This document shows positions 10,090 through 20,012 of a stretch of 64,000 nt of DNA, piece after piece. The translations under genes and the position numbers were made by a program. Position 1 is the stretch's first letter. Every line of letters begins with the position of its first letter. The notes below the pieces were generated by a model. It saw nothing but the letters and a program-made list of their open reading frames with translations. It did no database searches and had not been told where the DNA came from. Origin of the DNA: Chloroflexota bacterium (GTDB lineage Bacteria > Chloroflexota > UBA11872 > VXOZ01); the NCBI GenBank assembly GCA_964291655.2, contig OZ219802.1, positions 416,001-480,000 of the forward strand. Reading direction: 5' to 3'.

Positions 10090-11241
10090 ATGAATGGCTT
10101 CACTCACGCGCAAGTACATGTATTCCGGCTCAAACGTCACCATCTTGAGAGTCCTGCTCAGCCGGGAAAAATTCAAGATGTCGTAAGTGATACGTGTGGC
10201 ATCCAAGCGCAGGTAATGTCTGCGGCACAGTTGGCGTTACGGGTCAGGAGTCTCGGCCTATCCGTGGCTGCGATCGAGCGCGCACTCTGGCAGGACCGAG
10301 ACCTGGTAAAGGTGTGGTGTATGCGCGGCACGCTGCACCTGCTGCCTGCACACGAACTTCCCGTCTACGTAGCAGCACTCAAGCCCTATCGTCTCACGCA
10401 AGAACAACGCTGGATGGCGCGGTACGGCGTAGACGCTGCAGCCATTCAGGCAATGACAGAGGCCATCCTCGCGGCCCTTGGCGAGATCCCTCTAACTCGC
10501 CGCCAACTCTCTCTGAGACTGACGGCTGAACTTCACAAGCATGCTCCGCAGGTGATGGAGTTGGTCGAGCACGGTTGGGGCGGACTAGGGAAATATGTTT
10601 GCCTGCAGGGCGACTTGTGCCTCGGCCCCAATCAAGGTCAGGAAGCAACATTTGTACGGCGAGACATGTGGTTAGACAATTGGGAAGACGTGCCTGGAGA
10701 GGAGGCTGAAGTCCTGCTCTTGAAGCGCTACTTACAGGCTTACGGGCCGGCCACCGTGCAAGACTTTTCCTTCTGGGCGGGCATGTCGGTGAAAGATGCC
10801 AGCCGGATTTGGCGCAGACTGCAGAGCGAGATGCAGGATGTGACCGTTGAAGAGAAGCCTGCTACCGTCCTCAAGAGCGACCTCCCAACTCTTCAGGAGA
10901 CGAAGTCCGTTGCAGAAGCTGTGCATCTTCTGCCTCACTTCGACGTCTACCTGCTCGCCCACCGCAGCAAGACGCATCTCGTTGCGGAAAGTCATTACAA
11001 GCGCGTGTATCGCGCTGCGGGTTGGATATCCCCGGTAGTGCTAGTCAACGGGCGTGTCGCCGGCGTGTGGTCGCAGGCGCGCCGGGGCGGGGTGCTGCAG
11101 GTTACTATCGAGCTCTTCGGCAAGCTCACCAGATACCAGTACGCCGCGATAGAGAAACGCGCCGTTGACGTGGCCAGTTTCTTCGACTCTCGCCTGGAGC
11201 TTGCGTACACTAGCACTGCGGAAGCGATTCCTGCAAACTAG
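10090..11241 (+). CDS. AlkZ/YcaQ-like (HTH_42) winged-helix DNA glycosylase
   Basis: GIQAQ (QxQ) motif, WCMRGTLHL, YGPATVQDF.FWAG, LLPHFDVYLL, NGRVAGVW. Confidence 0.88.
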   Translation: MNGFTHAQVHVFRLKRHHLESPAQPGKIQDVVSDTCGIQAQVMSAAQLALRVRSLGLSVAAIERALWQDRDLVKVWCMRGTLHLLPAHELPVYVAALKPYRLTQEQRWMARYGVDAAAIQAMTEAILAALGEIPLTRRQLSLRLTAELHKHAPQVMELVEHGWGGLGKYVCLQGDLCLGPNQGQEATFVRRDMWLDNWEDVPGEEAEVLLLKRYLQAYGPATVQDFSFWAGMSVKDASRIWRRLQSEMQDVTVEEKPATVLKSDLPTLQETKSVAEAVHLLPHFDVYLLAHRSKTHLVAESHYKRVYRAAGWISPVVLVNGRVAGVWSQARRGGVLQVTIELFGKLTRYQYAAIEKRAVDVASFFDSRLELAYTSTAEAIPAN

Positions 11242-11301
11242 GAACAAGATTGGATATGCAGCAAGTCGAATGAGAAAAACCACAGACCCGAGGAGTGTAT
11301 C

Positions 11302-12639
11302 ATGGCAAACCCGGTTCAGTTGGGAACGGCGAGCATCAACATCACCCCTTCCGTAGGCACCTGGATGGGCGGCTACAGCGCCCGCGACCACGGCGCGACG
11401 GACATACACGACGACCTCTATGCCAAGATCTTAGTTTTCTCCGATGGTGAGACAAAGGCCGCCATCGTCACCTGCGATCTCGTCGGCATTACCGAAGAGA
11501 GCACTGCCGCAGTGCGCAGCCTGGTCGAGGAGCAAACGGACATCCCCGGCAGCCACGTGATGATAACCTGCTCCCACACGCACTCCGGGCCGACAACGCG
11601 GGAGTGGCGCTACGATGCCCCATTCAACAATTCCTACATGCGCGAGCTCGAGCGCAAGCTGGCGGGAGGCGTGCAGGTAGCGAACCAACACCTGCAGCCT
11701 GCTGTCGGCGGTCTGGGTGCGGGCTCATTCCCGCTGGCCGTAAACCGCCGCCTCACCACGGACGGCGTAACCGAAATGCGCGCCAATCCGGATGGGGTGG
11801 TGGACCACACCGTTGCGGTGCTCCGCTTCGACAAGGCAGACGGCACGCCATTGGCCACAGCCTTCCACTATGCCTGCCACTCAACGAGCATGGGCGCATC
11901 GAATTACGCGTTTAGCGCCGACTATTCCGGCGGTGCAAAGGCCTTTGTCGAAAAGACTTACGGAGGCGGCCACACTACGGCGTTCTTGCTGGGCTGCTGC
12001 GGCAACACGCGGCCCAACTTCACCAGCGACGGCAGCCGCTTCCGCTCCGCCACCTTCGACGAGTTGGAAAGCGTCTGGCGGGGCCTTGGCGCTGAAGTCG
12101 TGAGCGTGCGGGAGTCGATCGATTGCGCGCCGCTGGATGGCGTCGCCGTGGCGCAGCGTCTGGTGACAGTGCCTCTGCGAGAAGTTCCTGATGTCTCCTT
12201 TTACAAGGAGGCGCTTGAAACGGAAACCTGGCCTGATACACAGGAACGCATTAACCGCGACTCGCTCAAGTGGGTACGAAACCGCGTTTCAGATTACGAA
12301 ACCGACAACTTGCTCCTTGAACCCAAAGCGGAAATCCAGGTTATCCGCGTCGGCAACCTCATCTTCGCCAGCTTCCCCGGCGAGGTATTCCTCGAATACG
12401 GTCTGGCGGTGCAAGAGCGCGTAAAGTCCGAATTGGGTCTGGAGGCCCTGCACGTCGAACTCGCCAACGGCATGATAGGCTACGTGCCCACGGCAGACGC
12501 AATCCCGCACGGCGGTTACGAAGTCATGGCCTATCGCCACGGCGCGCAATCACCGGCGGGCTACTCCGGCGACGCCGAAACTCTCTTTGTGGACACCGCC
12601 GTGGAACTCGCTCGCCAGACCACAGGGGCGAATGCATAG
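11302..12639 (+). CDS. Neutral/alkaline ceramidase N-terminal-domain family hydrolase
   Basis: NITP..G..MGGY, HDDLYA, SHTHSGP, NRR, YACH, SADY, PGE, GYVPT, GGYE. Confidence 0.85.
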   Translation: MANPVQLGTASINITPSVGTWMGGYSARDHGATDIHDDLYAKILVFSDGETKAAIVTCDLVGITEESTAAVRSLVEEQTDIPGSHVMITCSHTHSGPTTREWRYDAPFNNSYMRELERKLAGGVQVANQHLQPAVGGLGAGSFPLAVNRRLTTDGVTEMRANPDGVVDHTVAVLRFDKADGTPLATAFHYACHSTSMGASNYAFSADYSGGAKAFVEKTYGGGHTTAFLLGCCGNTRPNFTSDGSRFRSATFDELESVWRGLGAEVVSVRESIDCAPLDGVAVAQRLVTVPLREVPDVSFYKEALETETWPDTQERINRDSLKWVRNRVSDYETDNLLLEPKAEIQVIRVGNLIFASFPGEVFLEYGLAVQERVKSELGLEALHVELANGMIGYVPTADAIPHGGYEVMAYRHGAQSPAGYSGDAETLFVDTAVELARQTTGANA

Positions 12640-12708
12640 CATGGGAATCCCACCCCACGTTGCCTGGAGGCAGTAAGTCTGAAGGACATTCGGTTCGATC
12701 AAACTATC

Positions 12709-13359
12709 GTGGTGCCTGAAGGTGGTCTGGCCACCGAGCATGACGATCTTTTACCGGCGGGCATGGCCGACAGGGTTGACTGTATTCTCATACCCGAATG
12801 GGTCCTGCAAGACCGTGTTGCAGGCCTGGCGCAACAGATCCACGATGGTTGCGCCAATTGCCGCGAGCTTGTCTTGCTCGTGGCATTAAAGGGCGCGTTC
12901 GTGTTTGCCGCGGATCTCGGCCGCGCAATCTCACGGCTCGGTGGCTTGGAGTTCCGCTATGAGTTCATTCGCACCAGCGTCTACGGCAATACCATCAAGC
13001 AAGAGAACGAAGAGGCGCGTGAGGTGAGCGTAGCAAGGCTGCCCGCAGACCTGGCGGGCAAAGACGTGCTGCTGGTTGAAGACCTGATTGACCAAGGCTT
13101 TACGCTGACCGCCCTCAAGCAACGCGTCCTCGAGGCAGGTGTCCGCTCAGTACGCACGTGCGTTCTCCTTTCCAAGCGCATCGAACTGCCTTCGACATTT
13201 GTGGAGCGCAATCGCTCCGCCTTGACCCTCGATTACGTCGGCTTTGAGGTCCCTGACCGCTGGGTTGCCGGCTACGGCACCGACGCGAGCGAGGACTTTC
13301 GCATGCTGCCGTACATCGTCACCGTGCGCGAGCAGCTCTATGCGACAAGCGACGAGTGA
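12709..13359 (+). CDS. hpt: Hypoxanthine phosphoribosyltransferase
   Basis: LKGAFVFAADL, PRPP loop VLLVEDLIDQGFTL, DYVGFEVPD.WVAGYG.D, FRMLPYI. Confidence 0.88.
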   Translation: MVPEGGLATEHDDLLPAGMADRVDCILIPEWVLQDRVAGLAQQIHDGCANCRELVLLVALKGAFVFAADLGRAISRLGGLEFRYEFIRTSVYGNTIKQENEEAREVSVARLPADLAGKDVLLVEDLIDQGFTLTALKQRVLEAGVRSVRTCVLLSKRIELPSTFVERNRSALTLDYVGFEVPDRWVAGYGTDASEDFRMLPYIVTVREQLYATSDE

Positions 13360-15134
13360 TGAGCGTCGATCTGGTATTGCGGGGCGGCACCATCGTCGAC
13401 GTCGTAGCAAAGCGCTGCTACGCTGGCGATGTTCTCATCAAAGATGGTTTGATCCATAGCATCGCGCGCACGCCCGCCTCGGTTGAGGCAACCGAGACGC
13501 GCGACATTGCAGGGCAATACGTCATTCCGGGATTCATCGACCCGCACCTGCACATCGAAAGCAGCCTCCTCAGTCCGCTCGAATTCGCACAGGCCGCCGT
13601 GCAGCGTGGCACCACGGCCGTCTTTGTGGACCCGCACGAGATTGCCAACGTGGCCGGCAACGACGGCATCGCCCTCTTCCTGCGACATGCCGAAGTCGCT
13701 CCCCTCGACATCTTCATCGGTGTCCCCTCGTGCGTGCCGGCCACGGCTTTCGAGGACACCGGAGCAGCGCTCACTCTCGCCGACATTGAGGAGCTCTTGC
13801 CGCATCCCCGCGTCTACGGGCTTGCCGAGATGATGAATTTTCCCGGCATCATCCATAACCTGGGAGACGCCCGCGCCAAAGTGGAGAGTGCCTTCGACCT
13901 GGGCAAAGTCGTTGACGGCCATGCGCCGGGCGTAACGGGACGCGATCTTGCGCTTTATGTCACCAACGGCAAAGACGACGGCACGGTCAGGATTATGTCG
14001 GACCACGAGTCTCGCACAGGGACGGAGGCCCTGGAGAAGCGCCGGGCAGGCATGACCGTCGCCATGCGCTATGGCAGCGCCACGAAGGACCTGGATCAAA
14101 TCCTGCCCTTCCTGGCGGAGCAAGCGGAAAGTCTGGATGGATTCATGCTCTGCAGCGACGATCTCGATGCGGAGGAGCTGCACACTCACGGTCATGTTGA
14201 CCGGATCGTGCGCCGGGCGCGCGACATCCTGGTACGACATGCGGGTTTGAACACTGAGCAAGCCACAATCCAGGCGATCAGGATGGCGACCTTACACCCG
14301 GCGCGCTACTTCTCTCGCTTCTTTCGCCACCACGGCTATTCTGAAATGGGAGCAATCATCCCCGGCAGAGTTGCCAATCTCGCTATTCTAAACTCTTTGG
14401 ATTGCCTTGAGAGCTCGACCGTAATCCATCGCGGCGAGGTCGTCGTCGCCGGCGGTGAGGTAGCGCGACGCGAGCACCCCGGCGATTACGGGCAACTCCT
14501 GCAATCGGTAAGAGTCGAAAGGCCGGTAGCAGCATCCGATTTCGCCGTACCCTTTAGCGGACAGGGAACAGAGGCAACCGTGCGCGTCATTGGCGCTGAA
14601 GACGGCAGCCTAGCGACGAAACTCAAAGTCCTTCGTCTGCCGGCAGGCAACGGGGAAATTCAGGCCGACCCTGTGCAGGATGTTGTGAAGATTGCCGTGA
14701 TCGAGCGCCATCACAACACCGGCCTGCACGCCGTAGGTTTCGTCAGCGGCCTTGGCATGCAACGTGGGGCTGTTGCTTCCACCGTGGGGCACGACAGCCA
14801 CAATCTCATAGTGGCCGGCGTAGACGAGACCGCCATGGCGGCAGCAGCCAACCACTTGGTAGCAATCGGGGGAGGCATGGCGGTAGCGTTGGGAAATGAG
14901 TTGACCTCGCTACAACTAGAGATCTGTGGCCTTATGTCAACAGCGACGATAGACTCGGTCGTGCCGCAATACCGCTTACTTCTGGCAGCCGCCAAGCAGA
15001 CCGGCACAACGAGCAAGAACGTCTTTCACTTGCTCTCGTTTCTTGCCTTGCCCGTCATCCCACAACTAAAGATTACGAATCGCGGCTTGGTGGATGTGGA
15101 TGCCTTTGCGCCGGTACCACTCCTCGTAAAGTAG
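13356..15134 (+). CDS. ade: Adenine deaminase
   Basis: PGFIDPHLHIESS, DPHEIANV, PSCVPAT, LAEMMNFPG, DGHAP, DHE, HDSHN; overlaps the hpt stop. Confidence 0.95.
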   Translation: MMSVDLVLRGGTIVDVVAKRCYAGDVLIKDGLIHSIARTPASVEATETRDIAGQYVIPGFIDPHLHIESSLLSPLEFAQAAVQRGTTAVFVDPHEIANVAGNDGIALFLRHAEVAPLDIFIGVPSCVPATAFEDTGAALTLADIEELLPHPRVYGLAEMMNFPGIIHNLGDARAKVESAFDLGKVVDGHAPGVTGRDLALYVTNGKDDGTVRIMSDHESRTGTEALEKRRAGMTVAMRYGSATKDLDQILPFLAEQAESLDGFMLCSDDLDAEELHTHGHVDRIVRRARDILVRHAGLNTEQATIQAIRMATLHPARYFSRFFRHHGYSEMGAIIPGRVANLAILNSLDCLESSTVIHRGEVVVAGGEVARREHPGDYGQLLQSVRVERPVAASDFAVPFSGQGTEATVRVIGAEDGSLATKLKVLRLPAGNGEIQADPVQDVVKIAVIERHHNTGLHAVGFVSGLGMQRGAVASTVGHDSHNLIVAGVDETAMAAAANHLVAIGGGMAVALGNELTSLQLEICGLMSTATIDSVVPQYRLLLAAAKQTGTTSKNVFHLLSFLALPVIPQLKITNRGLVDVDAFAPVPLLVK

Positions 15135-15226
15135 TCAGGTCGCCGCGGTCACTCTCGACGGGAATCTAGCTTGCCGCGCGCTCTGTACCAATCCGAACGG
15201 CATCCGGCTCGCAAACCGGGTACAGG

Positions 15227-16141
15227 TCACTTTGCAACGGCCCCCTGCTCTGCGCAGGACAGTATACGAGTGCGGGCGGGAGACTTGTGGGACTCGGCAG
15301 CGGCGAGCATAGCAGCGGCAATACCATCGGGATTGCAGAAGGTCAGCGCCAGAATCGACGATCCGGCGCCGGAAAGGGCGCTGCCGCACGCCCCCGCCGC
15401 GAGGGCCGCATCCATGATCGGTTCCATGGCGGGAAATATGGTAGCGCGATGGGGTTGATGCAGACGGTCGTTCATGCCCACACGGATCAATGCTCCGTCA
15501 GCTTGCGTGATCCCCGTAAGCAAGAGGGCTGCATGTCCGATGTTGTAGACCGCGTCGCTAAGAGGCACCTCTTTGGGAACCACTCCGCGGGCGAGTTCCG
15601 TAGGCAAGTGCTGATCGGGAATACAGACTACCGCGTGGAGGTTTGCCGGCACAGGGACTCGCGCGTAGGTCGGCAATTCATCGCCGTCTGCTGCACAAAC
15701 AATGAGGCCCCCAAACAAAGCGGCGGCCACGTTGTCGGGGTGGCCCTCTATATTACATGCAAGTTGCAGCAACTTTTCAGATGAGAGCGCGTTTTCGAGA
15801 ATGTAATTGGCCGCCACCAGTCCACCCACCGTCGCACTGGCGCTGCTGCCCAGCCCTCGAAAGAGCGGTATGCTGTTTTGCATGTGCAGACTGATTGGGG
15901 GGAATGTATCCCCAACTAATTCAAATGCACGGGCAAATGCCTGCGTGAAGAGATTGTCTTCATCGCCTGCAAGTTCTGCCGTCCCTTCACCCTCGATTGT
16001 GACATTGGGGCCATGCTCTGCCGGGCCTACGGTGAACTCATTGTAAAGCGTAAGTGCCATGCCAAACGCATCGAAGCCTGGTCCCAGATTTGCGGTAGTG
16101 GCCGGCACCCGCACACCGAACACCGGAAAACTAGCTGCCAT
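15227..16141 (-). CDS. thrB: Homoserine kinase
   Basis: VPATTANLGPGFD, RGLGSSA, EGHPDNV, DRLHQPHR, LSGAGSS. Confidence 0.95.
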   Translation of the reverse strand: MAASFPVFGVRVPATTANLGPGFDAFGMALTLYNEFTVGPAEHGPNVTIEGEGTAELAGDEDNLFTQAFARAFELVGDTFPPISLHMQNSIPLFRGLGSSASATVGGLVAANYILENALSSEKLLQLACNIEGHPDNVAAALFGGLIVCAADGDELPTYARVPVPANLHAVVCIPDQHLPTELARGVVPKEVPLSDAVYNIGHAALLLTGITQADGALIRVGMNDRLHQPHRATIFPAMEPIMDAALAAGACGSALSGAGSSILALTFCNPDGIAAAMLAAAESHKSPARTRILSCAEQGAVAK

Positions 16142-16320
16142 TGAGAGCACTCTCGACGAAGGGAACGTGGGGAGAAAAACCTGCCTATGGCGGCTTTAGT
16201 GTACCATTAAGCTGGCGTTCGCCGAGAGGCCCGATATGGTTTGGCCCTCAGCGATCTCATGGCCGTTCTCGATAGCGATAGATGTGCAAAACATCGCAGT
16301 GAGTTTCAAGGAATAGCGCA

Positions 16321-17298
16321 ATGCTCAAGTGGTTGAAACGCGGCTTTATCTTAGGAGTTACCGCCGTGACTGCCTATGTGGCCTATACGCGCTTTCGGCC
16401 ACGACCTATTCCTGTGGAGTCACTCCGCACCGACGGTAAGTTCATAACTGTAGAGGGCTTGCGGATTCACTACCGTATGGCCGGTGCGGGCCCGCCATTG
16501 ATTCTCATCCACGGCATCGGCGCAAGTCTCTTTGCCTGGCGTCTTGTCTTTGATCAGTTCGCTGAGAATCACACAGTGTATGCGCTTGATCTGAAGGGTC
16601 ACGGTCTCTCCGATAAGCCTAACTCCGGCGACTACTCACCTTTCGGCATGGCCGACCTGGTGGCACGCTTCATGGATGCATTAGATGTAGAATCCGCCAA
16701 GATCATAGGCTTATCCATGGGCGGCGCGGTGGGGACCGCATTGGCAATCAGGCATCCCCTGCGTGTCCAGCAATTGGTGCTCATCAGTGCGGCAGGTTAC
16801 CCGCTCAACTACCACGTCATGCCACTGATTGTTCGGTTCGCCAGTACATCCCTTGGGAGCGCATTTGTAGCATTCGTGTTGCGCCAGCGAAAATCCATCG
16901 AGTGGTATTTGCGCAGTTGTTTCTACGATCCTGACGGCATCTGTACACCCGAAATGATAGATGGCTACTTCCTGCCGCTCCTGACGCCGGGATTGGGCGG
17001 CGTGGTGCCACAACTGGCACGTGACTTTGGGCAGACCAGCCTCGCCCATCGCCTCAAAGAGGTAGCCGCCCCGACCCTTATCATCTGGGGACAGTATGAT
17101 GCCGTGATCCCTATGCATTGGGGTTACCGCTTTCAGCAGGACATAGCCAACGCTCAATTGGTTGTCTTCCCTAAGTGCGGACACTGTCCTCACGAGGAAT
17201 ATCCCCAGCAATTCCTGGAGGTGGTGAATGGCTTCTTCCAGGGGGGAATCGTTGACTCCAGCTCTCAGCCAGAGGGAACTCTCCCGGCGAACCCGTAG
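16321..17298 (+). CDS. Alpha/beta fold hydrolase with N-terminal anchor
   Basis: LIHG, DLKGHGLS, GLSMGG nucleophile elbow, WGQYD, CGHCPHEE. Confidence 0.9.
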   Translation: MLKWLKRGFILGVTAVTAYVAYTRFRPRPIPVESLRTDGKFITVEGLRIHYRMAGAGPPLILIHGIGASLFAWRLVFDQFAENHTVYALDLKGHGLSDKPNSGDYSPFGMADLVARFMDALDVESAKIIGLSMGGAVGTALAIRHPLRVQQLVLISAAGYPLNYHVMPLIVRFASTSLGSAFVAFVLRQRKSIEWYLRSCFYDPDGICTPEMIDGYFLPLLTPGLGGVVPQLARDFGQTSLAHRLKEVAAPTLIIWGQYDAVIPMHWGYRFQQDIANAQLVVFPKCGHCPHEEYPQQFLEVVNGFFQGGIVDSSSQPEGTLPANP

Positions 17299-17319
17299 TT
17301 CGCTATGAATCGGGAGAGA

Positions 17320-18297
17320 TCAGGATACAATTGCGGCGCACGTGGGAGACGGAAGACCGTTTCCTACCGGATTCCAGGCGAGGTCAGCAAATTCCGCGTG
17401 ATAGACCGCGTCATCTAGCACAACCGCAAAGACGTCCTGCGCGTCGCAGATGATATGTTCGCACATGCGGTCGAGAGGGAATGTGAGGTTTTGCTCGGCG
17501 TCCTGCCAGGTGTCGCCGCCATCGTGCGTCACCATCATGCGTCCGAGACGCCCGACGCGGCGGGACGGCCCAACCACGACAGTTGCGGGATCGTCCGCCT
17601 TTATGCACACGCCGCGAGTGTAGTCATCGATGAGGTGTTGCCAAGACTGTCCGCGGTCAACGGAACGGAACACGCCGCCCCCCGTGGCCGCTACGATAGT
17701 TTCCGGTTTGGCGGGATGTATGTCGATACTGTGGACGTCCGGGTGTAAGCCGTTTGCAGGAAACTCCCATTGACCGATCTTCTCCGAGATTCCCCACGTC
17801 GCGCCGTCATTGCGGCTGTCGGCTAAGCCACCGACCTCGATTGCAGCCCATACGGCCGGATCAGCGCCCTCCAGCATGATAATCTTCCGCACCGCGCCAG
17901 CGCGGGGCGAATAGGGCAGAAACCACTCGGCACACCCGGGAAGCGCCGTAAATCCACTCTCTTCCGCCCACGTCGCGCCGCCGTCGCGGCTGCAAGAAAC
18001 TCGAGCCGGTTCTGTGCCGACACGCACGACGTGCGGGTCGTGGGGATGGTAAGAAACCGAGCGGATGTAGGGACTGCCCTCCCAGGCCGCGATAGGTTCC
18101 CAGTTTTCTCCCCCATCGGCGGTTGAAAAGAGACCGGCGCCATGAGTGCCCGCGATGGCGTGCTGTCCGTCTGGATGGGCGGCTACCGCTTCGATTTCAT
18201 TGTCGCCGAGACCGGACGTCCGCCGAACCCAATCGTCACCTTCCCGTGTAAGCCGAAAGATGCCCTGCTCTGTACCGACATAGATTTGCTCCGCCAT
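17320..18297 (-). CDS. BNR/Asp-box beta-propeller protein
   Basis: TADGGENW, SRDGGATW, SVDRGQSW, THDGGDTW; GTEPA and DVH motifs. Confidence 0.8.
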   Translation of the reverse strand: MAEQIYVGTEQGIFRLTREGDDWVRRTSGLGDNEIEAVAAHPDGQHAIAGTHGAGLFSTADGGENWEPIAAWEGSPYIRSVSYHPHDPHVVRVGTEPARVSCSRDGGATWAEESGFTALPGCAEWFLPYSPRAGAVRKIIMLEGADPAVWAAIEVGGLADSRNDGATWGISEKIGQWEFPANGLHPDVHSIDIHPAKPETIVAATGGGVFRSVDRGQSWQHLIDDYTRGVCIKADDPATVVVGPSRRVGRLGRMMVTHDGGDTWQDAEQNLTFPLDRMCEHIICDAQDVFAVVLDDAVYHAEFADLAWNPVGNGLPSPTCAAIVS

Positions 18298-18370
18298 GGC
18301 ATGCACCTCATGCATTTTCAGCAGTAATCTCGTCACTTAACTGGCAAGAACTCTCGGCACTCCGTTGCAC

Positions 18371-18592
18371 CTATTGCGTGAAGACATTCAGCACTGCCAA
18401 GATTGCAGTGCCTGCCGCCACAAGCCCCTCCAGGCGAATGGTCAGACGCTGTTCCAAGTCTCTGAGATTAGACTTGGTGGCCAGTGACTCTCCAGTTTCG
18501 CCCAAGGTATCCAGAATGGCCTCTGCCTTCTCCCTATCGAATCCAGCCGAGGTCAGCCTTTCGAACGCTCTGCGCGAGTCAAAGACTGCCAT
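18371..18592 (-). CDS. Small DUF1640/CCDC90-like coiled-coil membrane-anchored protein
   Basis: FD....ERLTSAGF..EKAEAI, LATK..L..LEQRLTIRL, C-terminal hydrophobic helix. Confidence 0.7.
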   Translation of the reverse strand: MAVFDSRRAFERLTSAGFDREKAEAILDTLGETGESLATKSNLRDLEQRLTIRLEGLVAAGTAILAVLNVFTQ

Positions 18593-18613
18593 CGGTCACG
18601 TCCACGCGGCCGG

Positions 18614-19726
18614 TTATGTCGCGACGGCCCGCTCTGCCTGCTTCTGGGCCACAATCTCATCGACTTCCTCGATGAGCAGATCGAAGAGTTCATCTTCCCT
18701 GCAGCTTCGCACCGGCTTGCCCTTGCGGAAGAGGGCGCCCTTGCCGCGCCCGCCGGCGATGCCGACGTCGGCGTCCCGCGCCTCGCCGGGTCCATTCACC
18801 ACGCAGCCCATCACCGCGACTTTGACCGGTTCCTTGACGCTTTGCAGGAAGCTCTCGACGCGCTCCGCCAGCTCGATGAGTTCGATCTCGCAGCGACCGC
18901 AGGTTGGGCAAGCGATAAGCGTAGGGCCGTGCTCGCGGAGTCCCAGCGACTTGAGAATCTCATAGCCGGCAAAGACTTCCTCGGTAGACTCCGCCGCCAA
19001 CGAAACGCGCAACGTATCGCCGATGCCCTGATAGAGCAGGACGCCAAGTCCTACGGCGCTTTTCACCATGCCGGCCTTTAGCGTGCCGGCCTCAGTGATG
19101 CCCAGGTGGAGCGGGTATTCAACACGGTCGGCGATGAGTTGGTATGCGAGGATCGTGGTCGGTACGTCCGAGGCCTTAAGAGAAATCTTGATGTCGGTAA
19201 AGTCCATGTCTTCCAGGATCTTAACGTGATCGAGGGCGGACTCCACCATCGCCGCCGCCGTCTTTTCGACCTTCTCATCGCCTTCGAGCATCATCAATTC
19301 TGGGATGAGCCGCGATTCCAAAGAGCCGACATTGACGCCGATCCGCATCGGCACCTGGCGGTCCTTGGCTTCTTTCACCACCATGCGGGTCTTCTCTCGG
19401 CTGCCGATATTACCGGGATTCAGGCGCAGACCATCCACGCCCGCTTCCAAGGCTCGCAGCGCCAGGCGGTAATCGAAGTGAATGTCGGCAATAACCGGAA
19501 TCGGGGAACGTTTGCGAATCTCCGGCAGCGCGTCGGCGTCTTCCTTGTGGGGCACAGCCACGCGCACGATCTCGCACCCGGCCTCGGCCAGACCGAGAAT
19601 TTCCGCCACGCTTGCCTCCACGTCCCGCGTAAAGGCGGTGGTCATGGATTGCACGCGAATCGGCGCGCCGCCGCCAATCGTGACATCGCCGATCTTCAGC
19701 TGTTTGGATACACGTCGAGGGATCAT
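18614..19726 (-). CDS. ispG: (E)-4-hydroxy-3-methylbut-2-enyl-diphosphate synthase
   Basis: PIRVQSMT, ADIHF, RLNPGN, RIGVN, YPLHLGITEAG, GIGDTLRVSL, CPTCGR, MGCVVNGPGE. Confidence 0.98.
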   Translation of the reverse strand: MIPRRVSKQLKIGDVTIGGGAPIRVQSMTTAFTRDVEASVAEILGLAEAGCEIVRVAVPHKEDADALPEIRKRSPIPVIADIHFDYRLALRALEAGVDGLRLNPGNIGSREKTRMVVKEAKDRQVPMRIGVNVGSLESRLIPELMMLEGDEKVEKTAAAMVESALDHVKILEDMDFTDIKISLKASDVPTTILAYQLIADRVEYPLHLGITEAGTLKAGMVKSAVGLGVLLYQGIGDTLRVSLAAESTEEVFAGYEILKSLGLREHGPTLIACPTCGRCEIELIELAERVESFLQSVKEPVKVAVMGCVVNGPGEARDADVGIAGGRGKGALFRKGKPVRSCREDELFDLLIEEVDEIVAQKQAERAVAT

Positions 19727-20012
19727 GGGGTGTTGTAACCACCTTGATTCACGGCACGAGTACTCCATTAAGTTTGACGCATCTCACGGCGCGGCGCAAG
19801 CACAATTTCCTGCAACTTCAGCCTGCCAAAGGGGCGCAGCCCATTTCAGAACGGAGCAATTCGTGAGCTAGTACCGGATATCTGCCTCACAGGCGTTTGT
19901 GCTGGGGTAAACTGGCATGCCGGCGCCTCTCGCCTCTATTGCCAGACTCTTGATTCTGACAAGCACCTCCGCCACCGCAGGGTGGCCGCATTCAATCCTA
20001 ACAAACTGTTCC

